Source: Octopus sinensis (lineage: Eukaryota). Taken from it: a DNA stretch of 64,000 nucleotides. The notes below the pieces were generated by a model. That model worked only from the letters and a program-made list of their open reading frames with translations. It was not told the DNA's origin and searched no databases. Made by a program: the position numbers and the translations under genes. Positions 11,530 through 23,559 of this stretch are shown here, in pieces (position 1 is the first letter of the stretch; every line of letters starts with the position of its first letter). The DNA is taken from positions 32,178,001 to 32,242,000 of the forward strand of contig NC_043004.1 of the NCBI RefSeq assembly GCF_006345805.1. The letters run 5' to 3'.

Positions 11530-13276
11530 GGTTAGTGAGAGCTGTGCGAGCCATGTACAGAGACGCTGCTAGTAAGGTTGGCAACGAGTACAGTGAAGAA
11601 TTCCGGGTAGAGGTTGGGGTCCACCAAGGTTCAGTCCTCAGTCCCCTCCTATTTATCATAGTCCTCCAGGCAATAACAAAGGAATTCAAGGCAGGATGCC
11701 CCTGGGAGCTCCTCTATGCTGATGAACTTGCTTTAATTGCTGAGTCACTATCAGAACTGGAGGAGAAGTTTCAGGTGTGGAAGCAAGGATTAGAATCGAA
11801 GGACCTTAGAATCAACCTAGCCAAAACCAAAGTCCTAATAAGTAGGAAGGTAGACCAATCACAAACGCCTTCAGGTAGATGGCCCTGCTCGATCTGTAGA
11901 AAAGGTGTAGGTAGAAACTCTATAAGATGCACCAAGTGTAAGCTATGGACACATAAGAGGTGCAGCAATGTCAAAGGAAGGCTAACTAGGAAAATAGTTT
12001 TTGTTTGTGGCAGATGCTCAGGAGCAATAAACACTGAAAATGTGCAGAGACCAACTTCTACCACATTCCAGGGAAAAAAACTAGAAGTAGTTGAAAGCTT
12101 CTGTTACCTAGGTGACCAAGTCAGTAGCGGGGGTGGGTGTGCTGAAAGTGTAACTGCTAGAGTAAGAATAGCCTGGGCAAAGTTCAGAGAGCTCTTACCC
12201 CTGCTGGTGACAAAAGGCCTCTCGCTCAGAGTAAAAGGCAGACTGTATGATGCCTGCGTACGAACAGCCATGCTACATGGTAGTGAAACATGGTCCGTGA
12301 CTGCTGAGGATATGCATAAGCTCACAAGAAATGAAGCCAGTATGCTCTGATGGATGTGTAATGTCAGTGTTCATACTCGACAGACTGTAAGTACCTTGAG
12401 AGAAAATTTGGACCTAAGAAGCATCAGTTGTGGTGTGCAAGAGAGACGTTTGCGCTGGTATGGTCATGTGACGAGAATAGCAAAAGATAGTTGTGTGAAA
12501 AAGTGCCACACCCTAGCGGTTGAGGGCACCTGTGGAAGAGATAGACCCAGGAAAACCTGGGACGAGGTGGTGAAGCACGACCTTTGAACTTTAGGTCTCA
12601 CCAAGGAAATGACTAGAGACCGAGACCTATGGAAGTATGCTGTGCGTGAGAAGACCTGACAGGACTAGTGAGACCATAACCCGTGGCCTCTACCTGGGAT
12701 GTAGCTAGTCGACTTATGCATACCTTTCCTTCCTAGGACACAAAACTCCACTTGTGAAGACCCATTGAGGCAAGTGGAAATCAGAAATCAGAACCAAAAT
12801 CGAAGTCGATCAACATCAATGGAAATTGCAGCTGTGATACCAGTGCCGGTGGCACGTAAGCGAACTATCTGATCGTGGCCGTTGCCAGTGCCGCCCCGAC
12901 TGGCCTCCGTGCCGGTGGCACGTAAAAAGCACCATCCAATCATGGCCGTTGCCAGCCTCGCCTGGCCCCCGTGCCGGTGGCACGTAAAAAGCACCATCCG
13001 TTTGTGGCCGTTGCCAGCCTCACCTGGCCCCCATGCCGGTGGCACGTAAAAAGCACCATCCATCTGTGGCCGTTTGCCAGCCCCGTTTGGCACCTGTGTC
13101 GGTGGCACGTAAAAAGCACCCACTACACTCACAGAGTGGTTGGCGTTAGGAAGGGCATCCAGCCGTAGAAACATTGCCAGATCAGACTGGGACTAGTGCA
13201 GCCTTCTGGCTTCCCAGACCCCAGTTGAACCGTCCAACCCATGCTAGCATGGAAAGCGGACGCTAAATGATGATGA
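11530..13276 (+). mobile_element. RTE-clade LINE, 5'-truncated, with TSD
   Basis: RT C-terminus with Cys-rich insert, 3' UTR with about 62-bp tandem units, (GAT)n tail. Flanked by atatatatatacaca..tataaaggtt at about 11504-11529 and 13277-13308. Confidence 0.95.
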
Positions 13277-13306
13277 TATATATATATACACACACACATA
13301 TAAAGG

Positions 13307-13347
<41 letters not shown>

Positions 13348-14158
13348 ATGCATGTGCAACTGTGTGTGTGTTTGTGAATCTTTGTCTTGGCATTGTGTGA
13401 TAGCTGTAAATGAGTGGCGCTGTCGTATAAGCAGGGTCATTCTTCATTTCTAATATTCTATGAAAACATGTCAGGCTATGGGAAACTATTAACTTGCTTG
13501 GAAATAGGTGAGGGTTGGCGACAGGAAGGGCATCCAACCATAGAAAATCTGCCTCACGAAATTCTGCCCGAGCTATGCAAGCATGAAAGAATAGAAATTT
13601 TTAAAAAAGAAGAGTTATTCCCCTTGCTTTTGTTTAACTCAGTAAAACATTACTTAACGATGTTTACCTCACCCATACTTTCAATGAGATTAAGTCATCG
13701 TGTTTGCCAAAGAAAAGGTAGGCTGCCAGAATACATTTTTTACCAACTTCTGTATCAGAGTTCAAACCACACTGGAGATAAATTTGCTTTCATCCACTCC
13801 CATGGTCAATAAAAATAACTGCCAGTAAAAGAGACATTAATTTGTGATGCATTAAAGTTAACAAATTAATAACATTGAAGAAAACTGAACACTTTGACCG
13901 ATTAACATTAACAATAACAAGTGTTTATCTGTGCTGCTTATGCATTATATCTCAGGATGACAGACTATACTGAGGTTCCAAGAAGGAGCAAAGGATAATG
14001 TTTTCTGCATAAGATTTATAGCAAGGTAATCAAACCTTTGAGAGGGATATGTTTTTGTCAGAAAGCAAAGTTAGTTTTGTTTAATAAATGAGCTGTAACT
14101 TTCCAGCTAATTGTAACCCTCTAGCTACTTGTAGTATTCCAGTTAGCAATGACTCTAC

Positions 14159-14536
14159 TTACTTACTTGTACTTGTGGCGACATCCACCCTGGGCAGGTT
14201 GAGTTGGCTTCTTCTACTCATGGAAGAAGTTTCGTGGGAATATGTGGATTTCACAAGTGGTCCCCAACAATCCCGCATGTGGAGACATCCTGTTTGCCGC
14301 AGATTGTCCGCAGACACAGGGACAGAACGACCGAGGAGCCACCGGTTGCCGAAGCAGACACTCCGAAGATTTTCACCAGAGCCCCATCTGCCGGGTTGTG
14401 GCCCTAATACCACTTGGTGTCAGACCAATCCACCTTGGGTGGCCCTACCAGGAACCGAACTTCTCGACGGCATAGCTCTGACACTACCCGTTGCCAGCGT
14501 CCCCACCACAGTGAGGAGGGGATGGACTTTGGGAAC
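14159..14536 (-). mobile_element. 378-bp non-autonomous RTE-derived retroposon with 13-bp TSD
   Basis: TSD gcaatgactctac at 14146-14158 and 14537-14549. Minus-strand tail acaagtacaagtaagtaa. 5' part contains gagctatgccg...tagggccacccaag, as in RTE/Bov-B 5' UTRs. Confidence 0.8.
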
Positions 14537-14549
14537 GCAATGACTCTAC

Positions 14550-14990
14550 AATTAGATATGATCTACCTACTAGTAGTGACCTACTAACTATGATCCACAA
14601 ACTAGCAGTAATTCACTATGACTAACCAACTAACAGTGATATACCAAGTAGCTGGGACTTACACCTGGAAATAAGTCACTAACTATAACCTACAAACTAG
14701 CAGTAAGCTACAAGTTAATTAGTTATAATCGATCATCTAATAGTGACCCACAATTTACCTATAACCCAACAACTTGTAGTAACCTATGACCTACCAACTA
14801 CCAGTAACTCACGAATTAACTTTGACTCACAGGCTAAAAGCAATCCATTATCTATGATCTACCAACGACTACCAACTATCTAACTATGGCCCATCAACTA
14901 GAAATAACCTACAACCTAACTATGACTCACCAACTGGCAGTCACTCACCAGCTACAATTACCAGTGACTCTCTACCACATAGCTATGACA
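14550..14990. repeat. degenerate minisatellite (actatgacctaccaactagcagtaac-like units)
   Basis: Recurrent actatgacc / caactagcagt motifs, also present left of the retroposon at about 14090-14145. Confidence 0.7.
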
Positions 14991-15050
14991 CTTCAGTTGC
15001 ATCTCTGCTTGCTTTAGAAATGTGTGTGTATAGTTAATCCATGGACTCAC

Positions 15051-15132
15051 CGGTGTTTTGTCTTTGTCTTTGGCTGTCAGATCCAGATGGCTCGAATTGT
15101 TTTCAACTGACATTCTTTTAAGTAGACAAGAG
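15051..15132 (-). CDS. OXNAD1: OXNAD1-like coding exon 2 (82 bp)
   Basis: ttttcAG acceptor and GTGAGT donor. Encodes SCLLKRMSVENNSSHLDLTAKDKDKTP; SHLDLTA resembles DHMERTA of OXNAD1. Phase 0 out fits exon 3. Confidence 0.85.
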
Positions 15133-15480
15133 CTGAAAACCAACATTAGAAGATAATAATAAAGTGAAAAAAAAAATCTTTGAAACAATAAAACTTTCAA
15201 AATTACAAAAACAAAAGAGTTGGAATAGCTTCTCTGAGCAGACATGGCTGTGTCGTTATGAAGAGGGATACAAAACAGCCAACGGAAAGTTACATTGCAG
15301 AACAGTCATTTTAATGAGTTGTATTTATTTATCACCCGACGAGATACATCTGCACCACTGGATGCTCCTGAACCAGTTGTTGAGTGTCCCACCCAAGAGG
15401 AATCGATGCTAGATGTGTTGAAACAGTTGTCGTGATTAATAATAAATTCTCGTATATTCCATCTTCTGTCCTTCATTTGT

Positions 15481-15528
<48 letters not shown>

Positions 15529-15949
15529 AATGGAGTTAAACGCAGGTGTTATTCAAATTCTTTTACTTGACACATGTTTCAAAGATATCACTGGTAATAT
15601 TCCAAAGGAATAAAATGGTGTAAAACAATGTAATCTTCTCTTCAGGGAAGTGAAGAAATGAAATTTGTCAATAAGACATTTTAACAGAAAATGATGGATA
15701 TGTATAGTGATTAACTGAATGCTATTAAGTTTGTTTTAAAAAACGTTAGAGGATATAATGTCAAAGATAGCATATAGAAGGAGGAGGGGTAAAGGAAAGA
15801 AAAAAAAACAAATAAATGAGAAGCATATAACAATATGTAAATTAAATAAAACCCTATGGTCTTGGAAAAAGATATATCTAGTGAATGTGAAATGCAAGAA
15901 GAAAATTGATGTTTACAATAACCGTGTTTACAAGGGGATCTTTAGAAAA

Positions 15950-16620
15950 AAGAATAAAAAATAGTTCAGAATTACAGAGAAGACAATTCCTTGCCATTGT
16001 CATAAGGTATCGAGATTGAGAGAATCAACAAATTTAATGAAATTGTTTATTGTGGTCTTTACTAAACCCTGTACAGTTACATTTATTCCTATCCCTAAAT
16101 GTAGAGTAATGATTAGAAATTCTTTTAGACAACTGAGAAGATGTGCTTCCTATATAAAAATATACTTCATTACCAGTAGTAATTTTACACTGGTATATAA
16201 AATTTTTAATTTTAGAGTTACTTGACATAAACTTGATTCTGTTGTAATTGACTTCAGATAAAATAACCTTGTTATTAACATTTCTAGTGGGGATGGATGG
16301 TATTAGCTAAATTAATGTTAGTATTAGTAAATGTATCAATATTTAACAGGTTAATATGATGTGAAGAGATAATTTGTAAGAGATTTTTTGTGTTGGAAAA
16401 ACCAATCCTAACCGTGTGTGAGTTGATAATAGAGTAATACCTAGAATTCTTTGGAAAATTCCCGAAACTGCAAAGGAAGATTAGATTTAATTTGCTTCCC
16501 ATATGGAATAATTAACCAAATGGTTTTACTATTAGTTATCTTATTTTTAGTGTAATTATTTTTGAAAGACACATTTACCTTTAGAATGAAAATAGGGGAT
16601 TAAATAAGGGTTATCTCCCT
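15950..16620 (-). mobile_element. Penelope-like element fragment (RT C-terminus + GIY-YIG)
   Basis: Encodes FPKNSRYYSIINSHTVRIGFSNTKNLLQIISSH and NFIYQCKIT...FYIGSTSSQLSKRISNHYSTF. Confidence 0.85.
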
Positions 16621-16729
16621 TCATTTGCTTGGTTTTGGTGTATAAATTAAAATTGATGTCGTTTATATCCTTACAACTAGATTTCATATCTATTTATATA
16701 CATACATCTATTTATACACACACACATAT

Positions 16730-16782
<53 letters not shown>

Positions 16783-16789
16783 TATATAT

Positions 16790-16998
16790 AAGTATAACGT
16801 GTGATATGAGCATTTATAGAACATGTATCCTATATAAACTCAACAAACAATTAATGATGAAGAAGAGATGTTAAAAGTTTTATGAAATTTTTAATAAAAT
16901 TTTTAGAAAACCTTTAACATCTCTTCTCCATCTTTAATTGTTTGTTGAGTTTATATAGGATACAAGTTCTATAAATCCTCATAACACACCTTATACTT
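16790..16998. repeat. fold-back (hairpin) element with about 90-bp arms
   Basis: agtataacgtgtgatatgagcatttatagaacatgtatcc... pairs with ...ggatacaagttctataaatcctcataacacaccttatact around an AT-rich loop of about 25 nt. Confidence 0.9.
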
Positions 16999-17447
16999 GT
17001 AAATTTTCACATATTAAAAAATATTTGCAATAGTAAGCTACAAATTTAATATGAAGAATTTCTATTAGAAATCTGACTTTGGACCCCCACCTTCCCCAAA
17101 GTAAAACAGATGAAATTGAACTCAACCTTTCTCTCTCACACACACACACACACATATATATATATAGGACAAAGGACCAAGATGTCTAGTGGTTTGCTGT
17201 TCTTGAGATGACAGAGGACCGAGATGTCTGGTGCTGGTGCCATATCAAAAACACCCAGTCCACACTCTATAAAGTGGTTGGTATTAGGAAGGGCATCCAG
17301 CCATAGAAAGCATGCCAGAACAGACAACAGAGCCTGGTGCGGCTCTTGGCCTTTGCAACTCCTGTCAAACTGTCTAACCCATGCCAGCATGGAAAACAGA
17401 TATTAAATGATGATGATGATATGATGATATGCATATATATGAGGCTG

Positions 17448-17480
<33 letters not shown>

Positions 17481-17928
17481 TGTGTGCGTGCGTGTGTGTC
17501 TGTCTGTATTTGTGTCTCCTTGTCTTGATATTGCATGATAGTTGTAAACAAGTGTTAACCATCATAAAGTAGCTTCATTTGTTTCCAATCTTCTATGTAA
17601 ACAAGTCTAGTTAAGGGGAAGTATTAACTTGCTTGGAAACAAGTAAGGTTTGAAGACAGGGACAGCACCCAGCTAAAAAACACTTGTCACATGAATTCTG
17701 TCTGACTTATACAAGCATGAGAAATAGATTTCAAAATTACAATGGTTATTATTATATGCTTCTACTATACCACTACTTTATTAGTATTTTATTTTATAAA
17801 CCCTGGAAAATGACAAAGCCTATCTTGGAGAAATTTGAAACCAGGACATAAAGAGACATATATATAAATGAAGCAAGGCATTTTGTCTGGCAACCTATTG
17901 ATTCAGCCATCCAACCTTGATAATGATA

Positions 17929-18148
17929 TTAACCCTTTCATTACCATATTTATTTTGAGATTCTCTGTGTTTCTTTCAATTAATTTTAAATATAACAAAG
18001 AATTTAGTAAAATAACTTAGTTATCAGTAAGGAACATAAAATGTGACTAAGGTTTGGTGGAAGATTTTAATTCAAAACTTAATAAAACAAGACATTTGTA
18101 GTACAGAGCCAGAGGCGGTTTCGGCCGGGTTGGTAATGAAAGGGTTAA
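17929..18148 (+). mobile_element. piggyBac-like MITE (TTAA TSD)
   Basis: TTAA|CCCTTTCATTACCA ... TGGTAATGAAAGGG|TTAA. Reverse copy at 55714-55932. Confidence 0.9.
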
Positions 18149-18949
18149 TGATAATAATATATTTATGATATTAATATATTAATATATTTATTTGCCACAG
18201 ATACACGGAAATACATAAGAAATAAGACAAGTGGGATACAAAATAGAATGAAAGATAAAGAACAGGAAACTAAAAAATATGTTCAGATAAAAGAAAAAGA
18301 AACACAAACCCAAACTTGGGAAACCAAACTTCTTTCTGTAAGTCTGAGCATAAGAATAAAAATGGTCGATGTATTTTTAGAAAATAAGCAAAACAAATTA
18401 ATGAAAACACCAGAATAGATCAATCTGTGAGTTGCATGATAGAAGTTAAGTATCAAAGTTCAATTTGATAAATGAACAAGATAGTCACTACATTGAGCAC
18501 AAGGACAAAAGCTTTTCTTGTTTTGCTTTTGGGACGGGCAGCAGGCAAGGCCAGTGACCCCATGACAAATTCTAGTGTTTTTGAGAGAAAGAGGAAGAAG
18601 CCATGATACATAGTTGTTACTCTTACACTTGATCTGTGTGCAACAATAACAGAGGGAGGCTGTTATTTCTTTGTTTGTATAAGAATTCCCATTACATTGT
18701 TGAAAAAGACAGTTGAAACGACCATTCATCCAGTTATTTATTTATTTTTTCAGGCATAGTGTATCAAGGATAACATATCTTAATATATCTTTTTACATAC
18801 AGACAATAGGATGTAATTTGAGGAAGATTTCACTGCTATATCTAGCAGATTGAAGTGATCACATAAAGGGTTCTTCAATAGCTCGTCAAGTCTTTACTTG
18901 TCCACTATCATATTCCTGTCAAACTAACTCTAGCATTGGACTAGCAACA

Positions 18950-19560
18950 GACTTCAAAGCAAAATGAAATAGATGTTCACCAATAGATGGAGAGACAGAC
19001 TATTGTGGCTTTACAGAGCAATAAAATGTATTCAGAGACTGAACATCTACAGCCTTACAATAGGGCAAACACCGAAAAAGAGAATATTACATTCTGTACA
19101 CCTGTGATCTACCACCACAGTACAGTTGTGTTTTCTTGGTCAGTATAATGAGGAGCATTGGAGCACAATCTGTCCTTGGATACAATAAATCCTGTCAAAT
19201 CATGTAGCACATGCTAGAATGGAACATCAATGTGAAGACACAGGCTGGAAAGCGGAGCATTTTCCAATCAAAGTCGGATGTAGAGGGTTTTGTAGATACA
19301 GTGTGAAATGACTGTTGTTATTGTTAGGCCTAACTCATCATAAAGTAAATACCACCATGACCAATATCCAAACTACAGTGGAAAAGGCTAGCAACTGGAT
19401 TTGGTTAAAAAGAGATGATGAACGATGGCTAGAAGAATATTGTGCTTTATTTGATAACCAGTTGATCTAGCAAGCAGGGCCTCATATCAGTGAGTGGGGG
19501 GTGCACATTGATGATGTCAAGAGGTAGCCCCCGAAACGGCACGCATTCTCTCCTGATAAC
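18950..19560 (+). mobile_element. HERO/NeSL-like RLE non-LTR retrotransposon, 3' fragment
   Basis: Encodes GWKAEHFPIKVGCRGFV and VEKASNWIWLKRDDERW, C-terminal motifs of HERO-type elements. Degenerate. Confidence 0.72.
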
Positions 19561-19753
19561 CCCATACACTTGCTGGCTTCCAGTATGCAGAGTTCTCGAC
19601 TGGTAGCACATGCATGTGCAAGTTGTTTGCAAAACATCTCTGATGAAATTATTCTCATAACATACTAATGCAAATTTAATGCATAAATTTGTAATCTAAT
19701 TATTGAGTACTAATGGAAACAGCTGTAAGAAGTAAAGATTATCAATTTGTTAA

Positions 19754-20270
19754 TCTATATATATAAAACTGTAGTTGTGTGAGTGTCTGTCCCCTTCGAT
19801 TTAGATTCCTAACTACTCCCACATTTTGCGGTGCAGTTTAACCAAATTCGGGTATCTTATAGTCGTGATTCATATCGAGCCCGTCTGGCTATTAGCGCGC
19901 GTCTACGATGAGTCTACAATTTTAAAAATAATTTAACATCATTTTTTATTCCATTTTAATGCATAATTTTTCATGTGTCGATGGCGGCGGAGTTGGCGTC
20001 CACGCTCAAACACCTGCACCTGTGTTTGCTTCTCTCCCTTCTTCCCTCCCTCGTGAAGCTGTGGGGAAGGGAGTGTAATGAAATCAACGTCGTAATGCGT
20101 TGTCAAGGAGACCAGCATTCTTTTAGAACAACGACTTCATGGCTTGAAGACGCCAAAACAGAAATGGCTCAGAAAGCCCGAATTGGCATCTATAAGAGAA
20201 GTAACTCTCTAAAAATGCTTATATAGTTATTTCCCTTACAAACTCGAGCAACGCCAGGCGATACTGCTAG
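19754..20270 (+). mobile_element. complete non-autonomous Helitron (517 bp)
   Basis: A|TCTATATATATAAA 5' end; cgagcaacgccagg...CTAG|T 3' end; no TSD. Shares about 110 bp and the 3' end with 10034-10777. Confidence 0.92.
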
Positions 20271-20461
20271 TAATAAATAAATATAAGCTTTCAACTCACC
20301 ATTTTCTCTTCTTCATTTAACTGGATATGAACTATATGCTTAATATATACCAATTGTTTTAAGAGAATTTCATTCCCCAATAATACTAGATATTGAACCA
20401 GTACACCGTTGGCTGTTACCATCCTTTTATGAGGTTAATATATTCTCTAAATATATATATA

Positions 20462-20858
20462 GGCGCAGGAGTGGCTGTGTGGTAAGTTGCTTGCCTACCA
20501 ACCACATGGTTCTGGGTTCAGTCCCACTGCGTGGCATCTTGGGCAAGTGTCTTCTACTATAGCCTCGGGCCGACCAATGCCTTGTGAGTGGATTTGGTAG
20601 ACGGAAACTGAAAGAAGCCTGTCGTATATATGTATGTATATGTTTGTGTGTCTGTGTTTGTCCCTCTAGCATTGCTTGACAACCGATGCTGGTGTGTTTA
20701 CGTCCCCGTCACTTAGCGGTTCGGCAAAAGAGACCGATAGAATAAGTACTGGGCTTACAAAGAATAAGTCCCGGGGTCGATTTGCTCGACTAAAGGCGGT
20801 GCTCCAGCATGGCCGCAGTCAAATGATTGAAACAAGTAAAAGAGTAAAGAGTAAAGAG
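20462..20858 (+). mobile_element. SINE family A, near full length
   Basis: gcgcaggagtggctgtgtggtaag...gggttcagtccc A/B boxes, ccttgggcaag-like core, gtaaaagag tail. Confidence 0.9.
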
Positions 20859-21331
20859 TATATATATATATACACACACACACATACACATCTATATATC
20901 ATACCTAATGTAAATACATCATAAAAGGTAATTGAATTGTGGTATTCATCCAAAAATAATAACTTTTAAGAATGTGATGCACTTAAAAACACAATAAATA
21001 TTGGAAGGAGACGAAAATCATCCCAGCAGCAGCTGGTGAGAATACCAAATACCTTCTTGAGCATTGTCAATAGTATATACTCATAGCCAACAGCATGTTT
21101 ACACAAAATGTATCTCCAAAACAGTGAATGGTGCTGTGAATAGTGGCCCAGCAGAATAAAAATGTGTTATATGCAACATAAGCAGAATTAGATTAAAATA
21201 ACCATCCATGTATTATACTTAATGTTAATTGACAGTGAAAGGCAAATTTACTACAGCAATTATCTGACAATTACACACACACACACATTTATGTTTACTG
21301 GAGTAAGTGTGTGTGTGTGCATGTGCATGTG

Positions 21332-21366
<35 letters not shown>

Positions 21367-21659
21367 TGCTGAAGGCAAAGAGAAACATGCAAATAAATTA
21401 TTTAACAGTGAATCTCACAGTTGATACAGCTAAAAATAGTCCCATGTAATATGCTGATAAAAAAACCTTGGCTAGTAAAAAGACCAAAGCATACTCGCAG
21501 TAATCAAACTGCACATCTTCTATACCCATAATAGATGTGCTAACTAATTGCAGCAGACTATATGTTAGTCTTTCATCAAGATGCTTTGTTCAAATTCCAC
21601 AAGCTGTCTTTGCTTTATTTATTTATTTATTTTTTCCATCCAAGCAGGGTTTAACCCAA

Positions 21660-21868
21660 TACATTTCTTTACTACCCACAAGGGGACAAACAAGCACAAA
21701 CGGATTAAGTCGATTACATCGACCCCAGTGCGTAACTGGTACTTAATTTATCGACCCCGAAAGGATGAAAGGCAAAGTTGACCTCGGCAGAATTTGAACT
21801 CAGAACGTAACGGCAGACGAAATACAGCTACGCATTTCGTCCACCGTGCTAACGTTTCTGCCAGCCCC
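21660..21868 (-). mobile_element. tRNA-derived SINE, family B
   Basis: Minus strand has gttctgagttcaaattc B box and gtcaactttgcctttcatcctttcggggtcgataaattaagtacc core. Similar copies at about 23045-23222, 27050-27265, 27497-27703, 46103-46310 and 57700-57872. Confidence 0.88.
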
Positions 21869-23559
21869 TAGTGGGGTTTAACCCAGTATATTACATGGGT
21901 AGATGTGCAAAAGATTGTTGCAATGAGACAATGGTCAGATGACCTGATAGATGCAGAAACAGTTACAGTTTGGCAGAGATTAGATTTAGACAAAGAACAA
22001 GGGTATTTGGAATGTCCGTATGTCGATTGAGGGTGCAAGTGGATGGAACAAATTGATACAGAGATGAGGATTGACATGCATGTCAAAGATGAATGACACA
22101 AAGAAAGTAAGATAGAAAGAGAGCAAGACAAAAAGAAAGCAAGGCAAACAGGGATAAATTTCTAGTGGTGAGTCAGTTGTGTAATGTTTAAAAAGATGAG
22201 AGTTTGTGGGATTATCTAATGACAGTCAAGAGGTTCTCACACACGACCAGATATTCCTACCTGACCACTATACTATCATGTACAGTACTAACATGCTAAG
22301 TATTAGTTCTGTATACACATTTAGGGATTTCATTGCATTTGTAACTGCTGTGGTTTCATTAGCTGGATGCTCTTATCACCAATTACTTCATAGCATTGGC
22401 TGAGTGCATTTTATAGTGCCACCAGCATCAGTGAAATTGTCTGTCAAGACTGAAATGCCTTCTATACACTGTGTCAGTTTTTTTTTTTTCCTTTAGAGTT
22501 ACTGATCTCCTAGGTTACCTTCAGTATGGCTAATGCAATCGTGTTAAAAGAGCTCACAGTGTGAAAGCAGGAAAGAGGGGAATTATGGGCAGATAAATTT
22601 TTACAAATACAGTAATTCCTCACCATATTGCAGTTCACCTATTGTGCACTCAGTACATCGTAGATTTTTCTGGCTAATATATGTAAATTTATATCACGGA
22701 CTCCTCAGTATATCTGGGTTTCTGTGCCCAATAGGTATTTATACCTCTTTAGATTTTAATTATTTATGTGGGAACTTAACATCCATGATAGTCAAGGGAT
22801 TACAGTAGAGGGGAAAAGGAAGAACTCAAGTTTGACTGGTGGGTTGATAATTGGTTATACTTGTCATGATAGGGATGGATATGAAAGTATGGAGCCCCCA
22901 CACCATAGAGTAATACGTGTACCAAACAGTGTTTAACAAAATGTAGATACTGCTGCAAGGGTATTATGAAATAAAATATGCCTAGATATTAAAAGAAGCT
23001 CATGATTTCAGTGATTGATAATAATAATAATGATAATAATAATCCTTTCTACTGGAAGCACAAGGCCTCAAATTTGGGGGAAGGGATTAAGTCGATTACA
23101 TCGACCCCAGTGTGTAACTGGTACTTATTTAATTGACCTCGACTGGATGAAAGGCAAAGTTGACCTCAGCGAAATTTGAACTCAGAACGCGAAGATGGAT
23201 GAAATACCACAAGCTCGCCGGTCTAATAATGATGATAATAATAATAATAATGATAATTTGCTTATTTGAATTTCCTTCCAAATTTTCAAATCCATGATAC
23301 CTTCTTTCACTGTACCTTGTCACCAAAAACAGTCAAAACCCAACTCAGCACTCACATGCAATTCAAGAGACAGAACATGAATAAACATGAAACATGTCTT
23401 ATGCATGCAGTATTATTCATTAATGAATGAATATTTGAGAGAGAGGGAGAAAAGAAGGTATCTAGTAGAGAGTTAGAAGAAAGGGTCAAATAAGGGAAGA
23501 AAGTGTCAGAGAATTATTAAATATGATACAATTACTATAAATGGAAAGCAGAAATTTGT

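Noticed and set aside
13666-13769. Apparent 104-bp minus-strand exon (CGLNSDTEVGKK...KVWV) with AG/GT ends (boundaries approximate)
   Set aside because: No similarity to OXNAD1. The exon at 3534-3643 already supplies the conserved FKAGQW segment.
20462-20540. tRNA-like sequences at SINE heads (also 3080-3151 and 27983-28050)
   Set aside because: They lack a full cloverleaf and are followed by SINE bodies, so they are not functional tRNA genes.
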